The notes under the pieces were generated by a model. It saw only the letters and a list, made by a program, of their open reading frames with translations. It ran no database searches and had not been told where the DNA came from. A stretch of 32,000 nt of DNA from Telmatocola sphagniphila (GTDB lineage Bacteria; Planctomycetota; Planctomycetia; Gemmatales; Gemmataceae): contig NZ_CP074694.1 in the NCBI RefSeq assembly GCF_018398935.1, positions 2,550,001 to 2,582,000 of the forward strand, given 5' to 3'. The position numbers were made by a program, and so were the translations under genes. This document shows, piece by piece, positions 16,007 to 23,476 of this stretch (within the stretch, counting starts at the first letter, position 1; each line of letters opens with the position of its first letter).

Positions 16007-16627
16007 ATGAGTAGCGATGTTCGACCCGTTCGACTGGCAGTTTTGTTGTCGGGAGGCGGTACAACTCTGCAGAATCTGATTGATCGGGCAGGCGATGGTT
16101 CCCTCTCCGTTCAAATTGTGCTCGTCATCTCGAGTAAACCGAGCGTTTACGGCCTCGAACGAGCCAAACTCGCGAACATCCCTTCACTCGTTCTGCCTCG
16201 AAAGAGTTTTCCCGATTTAGCGGCCTTCAGCTCGGCCAATTTCGCGGCCATTCGCGAATCGGGGGCGGAATTGGTTTGCCTGGCCGGTTATCTGCAAAAA
16301 CTGCTGATTCCGAGGGATTACCAGGGAAAAGTGCTGAACATTCACCCCTCCCTGCTTCCCAAATTCGGCGGCAAAGGGATGTACGGCCATCACGTTCACG
16401 AAGCGGTAATCGCCGCCGGGGAAACAGAAAGCGGTTGCACCGTTCATTACGTCGATGATGAGTACGACCATGGGGAAATCGTACTCCAACGGAAGGTTTC
16501 CATCAGTCTGGCGGATACCCCGGATAGCTTAGCTGCCAAGGTTTTTGAACAGGAATGCCTCGCCTATCCGGAGGCGCTTCGCAAAGTGCTAGCCAGCCGA
16601 CAAATCACCCCGCCATCAGCTCGGTAA
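16007..16627 (+). CDS. purN: Phosphoribosylglycinamide formyltransferase
   Basis: Hallmarks present: LAVLLSGGGTTLQNLI, LVCLAGYLQKL, NIHPSLLPKFGGKGMYGHHVHEAV, GCTVHYVDDEYDHGEIVLQ. The track start at 15995 is TTG. I prefer ATG 16007 (MSSDVRPVRLAVL...). Confidence 0.92.
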   Translation: MSSDVRPVRLAVLLSGGGTTLQNLIDRAGDGSLSVQIVLVISSKPSVYGLERAKLANIPSLVLPRKSFPDLAAFSSANFAAIRESGAELVCLAGYLQKLLIPRDYQGKVLNIHPSLLPKFGGKGMYGHHVHEAVIAAGETESGCTVHYVDDEYDHGEIVLQRKVSISLADTPDSLAAKVFEQECLAYPEALRKVLASRQITPPSAR

Positions 16628-17732
16628 TTACCGCATCGGCGAGGCAGCGCCCGGCTCGGGATAAGCGGATCGAAACCGAATCATCAATCAGTAAATGATT
16701 ATCTAACAACGGCTTGAGTCGCTCCCCCGCCAACTGATCGATGGAAAAGCCGGTTTGGTTTTCGAACGATTCCCGCAGAATTCCTTCCCGCCGACGCAGT
16801 TGGGTAAATATAGTTTCTCGGGCACGATCCAAGTCCGATAACCTCTCCGAACTCTGCGTCGGTGACTCTCCGGCGAATAATTTCTTCAGATAATTATCGA
16901 GGCTTCGCGTATTAGTTTCCCGGGTGCCTGCCAGATATCGCGCGGCACCTAAACCAAACCCGTAATAGCTCTCATTCGCCCAGTAAATTTGATTGTGTCT
17001 GCACTCCTGTCCCGGCTTGGCGAAATTGGAAATCTCGTACTGTTCCAACCCGAGACGAGGGAGTTCCGCCATCGCGTACTCATACATTTGGCCTTCGAGA
17101 TCCTCGTCCAAAGCCACCACTTCCTTGCGTTCCCGCCGTTTCCACAACGGCGTCCCCTTCTCGTAGGTCAAACCGTAAGTCGAGATATGGCCGACGCCAA
17201 AATCGACAGCCGCTCGCAAGTCCCGCTGCCAGTCTTCCAGCCGTTGTTCCGGTACGGCGAAAATCAGATCGAGAGAAACCCGCGGAAAATGATCGTTACA
17301 CATTTCAATGGCCGGGCGAATATCCGCGACCGAATGCACACGATCCAGTTCGATCAACGAATGATTCTCGAACGATTGCACCCCCAAGCTGATCCGATTG
17401 ACTCCCCCCCCTTGGAGAATCGCAATTTTCTCGGCCGTGATGCTTTCGGGTGTGGCTTCAATCGAAAATTCGTCATAATTTTTGAACCAGATCCCTAACA
17501 TCTGCATCAGGCGTTGGAGATTCGGCTCGGAAAGATAGGTGGGAGTACCGCCGCCAATGAAAAGCGTTTGAATTTCCTGGGAATTCACCAGGGAGGTAAG
17601 TTCCAATTCCAGTGCTTCGAGGTAGAGGGTCTGCAAGTGATCCTTGCCCGCGACTACCGCAAAATCGCAGTAGCCGCAGTGGTGCTTGCAGAACGGAATG
17701 TGAATATAGGCAGCTTGCGGAAGCGATATCAT
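16605..17732 (-). CDS. hemW: Radical-SAM heme chaperone HemW (HemN-like, coproporphyrinogen-III-oxidase family)
   Basis: 375 aa, which is HemW length rather than the roughly 450 aa of HemN. It has the CX3CX2C radical-SAM cluster motif in YIHIPFCKHHCGYCDF, plus GGGTPT and RISLGVQSF. Confidence 0.88.
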   Translation of the reverse strand: MISLPQAAYIHIPFCKHHCGYCDFAVVAGKDHLQTLYLEALELELTSLVNSQEIQTLFIGGGTPTYLSEPNLQRLMQMLGIWFKNYDEFSIEATPESITAEKIAILQGGGVNRISLGVQSFENHSLIELDRVHSVADIRPAIEMCNDHFPRVSLDLIFAVPEQRLEDWQRDLRAAVDFGVGHISTYGLTYEKGTPLWKRRERKEVVALDEDLEGQMYEYAMAELPRLGLEQYEISNFAKPGQECRHNQIYWANESYYGFGLGAARYLAGTRETNTRSLDNYLKKLFAGESPTQSSERLSDLDRARETIFTQLRRREGILRESFENQTGFSIDQLAGERLKPLLDNHLLIDDSVSIRLSRAGRCLADAVITELMAG

Positions 17733-18592
17733 TCGCCGACAACAGTGTTTTTCAGAACACCCAGCCCTTCGATTTCCACTTCGGTCACGTCGCCCGGCTT
17801 GAGGAATACTTGAGGGGTAAGTGCATTACCGATACCCGGAGGAGTTCCTGTGAAAATTATATCCCCCGGCATCAAGGTCACGATCTGGGAGATGTACGAG
17901 ACCATCTGCGGAATATTGAAAATAAACTGCTTGGTATTGCTATTCTGCATCGTTTTGCCGTTCAAACGCAACGAAATGTTCAGGTGATGCGGATCTTTCA
18001 CCTCATCGGCCGTGACCAGCACAGGACCGATGGGAGCGAAGGTATCGAAGGTTTTCCCGGCCATCCACTGCTTGCCATCTTTTTCCATCTGCCAGTCGCG
18101 GGCGGACACGTCGTGCCCCACGGCATAACCCGCCACATAGCTTTGGGCCTGAGATTCCGGAATATATCGGCCCGTTTTGCCGATCACCAGCACCAGTTCG
18201 GCCTCGTAATCGACTTTGACGGAAACCTTGGGATGGATAATATTTTCGCCATGTCCGATGAGGGTATTGTTGAATTTGTTGAACAGAACCGGGTCGCGCG
18301 GGATCGGCAGATTGCACTCGATGGCGTGATCGCGATAGTTGAGTCCGACGCAGATAATCTTCTGAGGATCGATTACCGGAGCGTGCAATTTGGCCTCGGA
18401 AACCGCGACTTTGACCGCCTTGGGGTTCGATTTTGCGGCCTCGATTTTCGAATCGAGCGAACCCTGAGCTTCCAGAATAGTCTTAACATTGGAAGGCAGA
18501 GAAGGATCGGTGGCCTGGAGATCTATATAGAATTCCCCTGCTTGGACCGACGCCCGGGGTCCGGCCGGGGTGGCTAAAGTCGCAAAACGCAT
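17729..18592 (-). CDS. Fumarylacetoacetate hydrolase (FAH) family protein
   Basis: Hallmarks present: GLNYRDHAIE...VDYEAELVLVIGK...GKTFDTFAPIGP...MPGDIIFTGTPPGIG. The track ORF start (18703) overlaps the tRNA gene, so I place the start at ATG 18592 (MRFATLATPAG...). The stop overlaps the hemW ATG (ATGA). Confidence 0.88.
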   Translation of the reverse strand: MRFATLATPAGPRASVQAGEFYIDLQATDPSLPSNVKTILEAQGSLDSKIEAAKSNPKAVKVAVSEAKLHAPVIDPQKIICVGLNYRDHAIECNLPIPRDPVLFNKFNNTLIGHGENIIHPKVSVKVDYEAELVLVIGKTGRYIPESQAQSYVAGYAVGHDVSARDWQMEKDGKQWMAGKTFDTFAPIGPVLVTADEVKDPHHLNISLRLNGKTMQNSNTKQFIFNIPQMVSYISQIVTLMPGDIIFTGTPPGIGNALTPQVFLKPGDVTEVEIEGLGVLKNTVVGE

Positions 18593-18688
18593 AATCGGTA
18601 CTCTGAACGGAAGGAAAAAATTTTCGCTTCCGCTATTGAATGAGACCCCTTGCTGCCGGACCAGATGAGGCCTATACTTTCTGAACAT

Positions 18689-18760
18689 TCCTCGATAGCT
18701 CAATGGTAGAGCATCCGACTGTTAATCGGACGGTTCTTGGTTCGAGTCCAAGTCGAGGAG
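18689..18760 (+). tRNA. tRNA-Asn (anticodon GTT), 72 nt, CCA not encoded
   Basis: Manual cloverleaf: acceptor TCCTCGA/TCGAGGA, D-arm GCTC-AATGGTA-GAGC, anticodon arm TCCGA-CTGTTAA-TCGGA, variable loop CGGTT, T-arm CTTGG-TTCGAGT-CCAAG, discriminator G. Confidence 0.93.
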
Positions 18761-18963
18761 CTTCATCTTTTATTTTGGCAGCATTTCAGCTGGTGCTCGG
18801 TTTCACCTTGTACCTTAACTCAGCCCAGAAATCCGGCAAACCCTCGCTGTCACCCGCCACTAACCGATTTGTTTTACTTCCAAGAATTAATTCCCCGGAG
18901 GCGCCGTTCCAACTTGAAAAGATTAGCTCTGAATCATCTTTCAGAACGTACTGCCTCTCTACC

Positions 18964-20454
18964 CTAACCTTCGACCTCAGTTTTTCCTCCGTTTCGCCAG
19001 CGCCAGAAGGCATACACGGGCATCCCTGCGGCCGCGATCCCGAGGCCGATCAAACTATTTTCCGGGTACTCATAAAAAAGTGCGGCCGTCACCGCGATGG
19101 TAGAAACCGTGAAAATTATAGTGGCTACAGGATGCCCCGGCATCGAGTCGGACATGTCGACCCCGGCAGCCCGGTCCTTGCGACGCAAAATGAAAAGACT
19201 CAGGGAGGTCAAAGTCAGGAACACCAACTCAACCGACATGACGTAATTCAGGATCTGATGAAAAGTGCCCGAAACTGCAATAACAATTGCGAACGCTCCC
19301 TGCAGAAGGATGGCAACAACTGGCACTCTCGTCCGCGGGTGAATGCGAGCGACAGCCTGAAAGAAAAGCCCATCTCGAGCCATGGCAAAATAAACGCGCG
19401 GCGATGTTAGCACGGCCTGACTGAGAAATCCCACGGCCGAGATGGCGATTCCCGCCGAGAGTATCGCCGCACCGCGACCTCCGAGCGCCCTTCGCATCAC
19501 TTCATAAGCGGGGCTGCCATTCTCGGAAAGTTCCTTAACGCCAAGAACGCTCAGGCAAACATAATTGACACCCAGATAGAGTATCGTCACTCCCAGAACA
19601 CCCAGCAACAAACCGCGGGGAAGGTTTCTTCGAGCATCCCGAACTTCAGCGGCCATGAAGGTGGTCGTGTGCCAACCGCCGTAGGCGAAGAGAACTGGCA
19701 CCATCGCCGCCGCTAAAGCTGGCAACATCCACCATCCTGCGACGGGTTCAGTTGCTTCGCCCCCAGTGGGAGGACTTGCCGGAATCGCTATTAGCAGACC
19801 GCAAGCAATCAAAGCACAAATGGCGAGTACCTTGAGTACCATGAACAGGTTCTGGGCTGTGCTGGCCGTACGAACCCCGAGACAGTTGATAGCTGTGAGT
19901 CCAGCGATGGTCACTCCAGCCACGACTTTGCCGAGGGTTGAATCCCCCGCCATGGTGCCAGAAACATCAGCCGATGAGCCGAAGATGACGGGAAAAAGAT
20001 TCCCCAGTTCGAGAAAGTAGCGAGCAAAGACCACGGCCACCGATGCCATACCGCCCGATTGAATGACCCAAAGAAGGCACCAGCCGTAGAGAAAGGCGAC
20101 AACCGGATGGTAAGCTTCGCGGAGAAAAGCGTACTGGCCGCCGACGTGCGGCCGTCGTCGGGCTAAGTCGGCATAGACGAGGCTACCGGCCAGACTGACG
20201 GCCCCGCCTAGCACCCAAGCCAATAACACCAATGCGGGAACACCAACCACCTTGGCCACATCGTGGGGAACTACGAAAATGCCGGCTCCGATCACACTTC
20301 CCATGACCAGCATGGTGATATCGAAGAGGCCGAGAGCTCTAGCGAGAGTTGGAGGATCGTCCGACTTCGGTGCTTCTGCGGGAACCAGTTGAGGATCCAA
20401 ATTTGCCTCGGGTAGGAGTCGTAGTCTATTCGAGCCGGCATGTGGCCATTTCAA
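18964..20454 (-). CDS. APC-superfamily amino acid permease
   Basis: 496 aa with about 12 TM segments and the N-terminal signature LGLFDITMLVMGSVIGAGIFVVP. There is no in-frame ATG before the conserved core. The start is therefore non-ATG: TTG at 20454, or TTG at 20400. The exact start is uncertain. Confidence 0.86.
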   Translation of the reverse strand: MKWPHAGSNRLRLLPEANLDPQLVPAEAPKSDDPPTLARALGLFDITMLVMGSVIGAGIFVVPHDVAKVVGVPALVLLAWVLGGAVSLAGSLVYADLARRRPHVGGQYAFLREAYHPVVAFLYGWCLLWVIQSGGMASVAVVFARYFLELGNLFPVIFGSSADVSGTMAGDSTLGKVVAGVTIAGLTAINCLGVRTASTAQNLFMVLKVLAICALIACGLLIAIPASPPTGGEATEPVAGWWMLPALAAAMVPVLFAYGGWHTTTFMAAEVRDARRNLPRGLLLGVLGVTILYLGVNYVCLSVLGVKELSENGSPAYEVMRRALGGRGAAILSAGIAISAVGFLSQAVLTSPRVYFAMARDGLFFQAVARIHPRTRVPVVAILLQGAFAIVIAVSGTFHQILNYVMSVELVFLTLTSLSLFILRRKDRAAGVDMSDSMPGHPVATIIFTVSTIAVTAALFYEYPENSLIGLGIAAAGMPVYAFWRWRNGGKTEVEG

Positions 20455-20520
20455 CTTACAAGCCAGTACTCTAGCCTCAATTCCTGTTGGTGGAAAGCAA
20501 TAGTTTGCGAGGAAAGTGAC

Positions 20521-20534
20521 TTTTTCGCGAAAAA
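20521..20534. promoter_or_regulatory. Perfect 14-bp palindrome TTTTTCGCGAAAAA (operator-like) upstream of the APC permease gene
   Basis: Read directly from the sequence. It lies 67 nt upstream of the annotated TTG start of the permease (minus strand). It also forms CGCG-A6-CGCG (20526-20539). Confidence 0.25.
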
Positions 20535-20599
20535 ACGCGGCTGGAAAAGCGTTGGGATAGTTTAGCTACTTCCGTGGGTTCGCAAATCCGCGTAACGGT

Positions 20600-20755
20600 C
20601 TACTTGGCGAATAATTGTGTTCCTTGCGGAAGCATTGCAAAGAGTGGACCTCTTGGTTCTTTGAAAGTGCGATTATCTTCGCAAAGATAATCGATCATCC
20701 CACACCCGGAATTGAATGGCAGGATTATCAGAATCAAAATTTTAAGTCCACGCAT
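20600..20755 (-). CDS. Possible small lipoprotein / secreted peptide (51 aa)
   Basis: Internal ATG (20755) of the 78-aa track ORF gives MRGLKILILIILPFNSGCGMIDYLCEDNRTFKEPRGPLFAMLPQGTQLFAK. This has a hydrophobic leader ending in a Cys (lipobox-like NSGC, not canonical). It sits in an AT-rich spacer and I recognise no homology. Confidence 0.3.
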   Translation of the reverse strand: MRGLKILILIILPFNSGCGMIDYLCEDNRTFKEPRGPLFAMLPQGTQLFAK

Positions 20756-20868
20756 TGATGAACCAATTCTTATCAGCCTCTCGCATAGCCTAGCACTTAC
20801 AATAACTACGATTTTTACACTGTCAAGATCATACATTAATCATTCATCCCGGAACCACAACTTTTCCA

Positions 20869-21735
20869 TCAACTTGTTTTGGGGCAAATGTTATACTCCT
20901 CCAACTCCAAAACCGCAGGCGGCCGTGAATCGAATTCATATCTGTTACCTGCGAACAATTTTCGCAACTCCTGATCGACAGAGACCGGATCGGAGAACGC
21001 GAAAGGGTGAAATCCGAAGCGAATTTGCGGTCGGATTTCTGATAACAGACGGCTCGCCCCCTGGAAAACTTCACGCTCGGCCCCTTCCACATCGATTTTC
21101 ACAACCTGGGGACGAATCCCCTTCTCGGCAATAAAACCATCGAGCGAAATCGTCGGCACGGTAACCGTCAGATGTTTTTCCCCGTGTCTAACATGTTCTT
21201 CGACGGCGGCCTCGGAGATAGTAAAGCCACTTCCCACCGCTTTCGCGTCCTCTCCAAAAATATTGAAGGTAATGGTGCCGCCATGCACGGCCGCACAGGC
21301 CGCCGGGATAACGATTACGCGATCTTCAAAACCATTCGCGCGAATGTGTTTTCTTAAAAGAGCCAGATTCCCCTCCCCTGGCTCGATCGAATAGACCCGA
21401 CCGGTCGGCCCGACCAGATGGGCTAACTCCAAGGTCATCTGCCCGACGTTTGCACCCACATCGATAACGGTATCGCCTGGCTTAACGACTTTTCGAAACC
21501 AATGAATGGTCTCAAATTCTTCATTGCCCCCACGCAAAGCGACGTCGAGATCCAGCTTCCAGATTCGGTCGTTCTGATGAGCTTTTACCAGTCGATCTGG
21601 ACCGTATCGGAATCTCACCCATTTATGGAAGATCTTGCGGGAAAGAGTACGCAGTCCGGTACTATCCAACAAGGGGAGGAGGCGCCGTCGCCAGCGAAGT
21701 AGAGAATCTTCTTTCTTCGGTTCTTCTTCCGGCAT
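20869..21735 (-). CDS. FkbM-family SAM-dependent methyltransferase
   Basis: 288 aa. Motif I (VIDVGANVGQMTLELAHLVGPTGRVYSIEP) and the overall layout are typical of Methyltransf_21/FkbM proteins. Confidence 0.82.
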   Translation of the reverse strand: MPEEEPKKEDSLLRWRRRLLPLLDSTGLRTLSRKIFHKWVRFRYGPDRLVKAHQNDRIWKLDLDVALRGGNEEFETIHWFRKVVKPGDTVIDVGANVGQMTLELAHLVGPTGRVYSIEPGEGNLALLRKHIRANGFEDRVIVIPAACAAVHGGTITFNIFGEDAKAVGSGFTISEAAVEEHVRHGEKHLTVTVPTISLDGFIAEKGIRPQVVKIDVEGAEREVFQGASRLLSEIRPQIRFGFHPFAFSDPVSVDQELRKLFAGNRYEFDSRPPAVLELEEYNICPKTS

Positions 21736-22059
21736 GAATTCATCTCATTCTTCAAACAAATTTGGAGAGTTAGTTCTAATTGACACGCAGTTTCTCTGAT
21801 TTTCTAGTCAATAATGAGATTTTTTTGCTACCGGATAATTGCTCCCCCGTAAAACTCGCAGCAGGCCTTTCGGTCGGAATCTCAGGCATAAGAGAAGGAT
21901 CGACTCCGGAACATTTGACAAGATAAACTCGACCTCATGCCCCGCACCGCCCTTCCCGATGGCGTTTATTCGATTGCATTTCCATCGAAGTTCGGTTAAA
22001 AATAGCATTCCCGCCGCGAAAGTCTTTTTGCCAGTATTGAACCGACTCCGGAGAGTCTC

Positions 22060-23409
22060 GTGAATCTAACCCACTGTCTTTCTCGCCGAAGTTTCCTTCA
22101 AATTGGCAGCTTCGGACTGGGCGGATTCTGCCTTCCCCAACTCCTTCAAGCCGAAGCCAAAGCCGGGATCAATTCCTCACAGAAGTCGGTAATTCTGATC
22201 TACTTAGTCGGCGGCCCTCCTCATCAGGACATGTTCGATCTCAAGCCAAACGCCCCCTCGGAGATCGCCGGGCCCTGGAAACCGATCGCCACGAACGTGA
22301 CCGGCATCCAGATCTGCGAAGCATTTCCGAAAATCGCCAAAATGATGGACAAGTTTACCATCATTCGTTCTCTCGTGGGGAATCAGGCCGAGCACGATGC
22401 CATTCAAGTTTTCAACGGGCGGCATGTCAAGACACCCAAACCCAGCGGCGGCTGGCCCCAATTCGGATCTGTAGTCGCCAAGCTGCAAGGCTCCAATGAC
22501 TCGGTCGTTCCGCCTTATGTCAGCCTCTGTTACACCTGTTCGCATGGTCCGTACAACGAACCTGGTCCCGGCTTCCTGGGCCCATCGCTGGCTCCCTTCC
22601 GCCCTACTGGTCCGGCCCGCGAAGATATGACTCTGAAAAGCATCGACATCAGCCGTCTTGCGGACCGGAAAGAGATCTTAAAGAGCTTGGATACGACTCG
22701 CCGCGATGCCGATGCGAGTGGATCGATGGCCGCACTCGATTCGTTCAATCAGCAAGCCTTTGGACTGTTGACTTCTTCTCGATTGGCCACCGCCCTGGAT
22801 ATTTCGAAGGAAGACCCGAAGACGATTGCCCGCTATGGCACTGGCAATCCGAAGATTTTCATGGATAGCAACGGTGCTCCTCGGGTGCCGCAAAGCTTGT
22901 TGATGGCCCGACGACTCATCGAAGCCGGGGCTCGAGTGGTTACTCTGAATTACAGCAAATGGGATTGGCACGGCGGCAAAAACGCTGAAGGCCGGGCCGA
23001 CAACTCGATTTTCACTCGAGAAAAAGAGGATTTCCCCATCTTCGATCAGTGCGTAAGTGCACTCGTGGAAGATTTACATCAGCGTGGCCTGAGTGACGAT
23101 TGCACCGTAGTTATCATGGGAGAGTTTGGCCGGACTCCGAAGATCAGCGCCCAGGTCGGCCGCGATCACTGGCCTCAGGTCAATTGCGTTCTGATGGCCG
23201 GCGGCGGGATGAAAAACGGCCAAGTCATCGGTTCTACAGATCGCATTGCAGGGGAAGCCGCTTCCCGTCCCGTCACTTTCGGCGAATTGTACGCTACCCT
23301 TTATCGAAACTTGGGAATCGATGTCGGTGAGGCATCTATTCGCGATTTGACTGGCCGGCCGCAGTACCTGGTGGACGACAACGCCCAGCCGATCCGGGAG
23401 TTGGTGTAA
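22060..23409 (+). CDS. DUF1501 domain protein (second paralogue), Tat-exported
   Basis: 449 aa with a GTG start (22060-22062) and twin-arginine leader LSRRSFLQIGSFGLGG. Hallmarks present: ILIYLVGGPPHQDMFDLKP, VVIMGEFGRTPKISAQVGRDHWP, LMAGGGMKNG. It is collinear with the protein encoded at 9416-10732. Confidence 0.9.
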   Translation: MNLTHCLSRRSFLQIGSFGLGGFCLPQLLQAEAKAGINSSQKSVILIYLVGGPPHQDMFDLKPNAPSEIAGPWKPIATNVTGIQICEAFPKIAKMMDKFTIIRSLVGNQAEHDAIQVFNGRHVKTPKPSGGWPQFGSVVAKLQGSNDSVVPPYVSLCYTCSHGPYNEPGPGFLGPSLAPFRPTGPAREDMTLKSIDISRLADRKEILKSLDTTRRDADASGSMAALDSFNQQAFGLLTSSRLATALDISKEDPKTIARYGTGNPKIFMDSNGAPRVPQSLLMARRLIEAGARVVTLNYSKWDWHGGKNAEGRADNSIFTREKEDFPIFDQCVSALVEDLHQRGLSDDCTVVIMGEFGRTPKISAQVGRDHWPQVNCVLMAGGGMKNGQVIGSTDRIAGEAASRPVTFGELYATLYRNLGIDVGEASIRDLTGRPQYLVDDNAQPIRELV

Positions 23410-23476
23410 AAGAGCGAGTAATTCGACCTAGCGTTGGGAATAAAGCCATCGTGAGATGAGCTAATTCTTACACCCC

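Noticed and set aside
15958-16008. Longer N-termini given by the ORF track for ileS (16008), the FAH gene (18703), the BNR gene (26698) and the GH-like gene (28458)
   Set aside because: The extensions overlap neighbouring genes or the tRNA, or they precede an obvious signal peptide or conserved N-terminus. Internal ATGs (15957, 18592, 26629, 28521) fit better.
17612-18577. 321-aa ORF antisense to the FAH-family gene
   Set aside because: It spans almost exactly the FAH gene on the other strand. The FAH translation has clear family motifs and this one has none.
18703-19410. 235-aa plus-strand ORF starting inside the tRNA-Asn gene
   Set aside because: It begins within the tRNA and then runs antisense to the APC permease. 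The translation is low-complexity and Ser/Arg/Pro-rich.
18689-21735. tRNA-Asn as an integration site for a genomic island (tRNA followed by a permease, an AT-rich spacer and a methyltransferase)
   Set aside because: There is no integrase, recombinase or phage gene. By eye I could not find a direct repeat of the tRNA 3' end (GGTTCGAGTCCAAGTCGAGGAG) downstream. A computational repeat search would be needed to exclude it fully.
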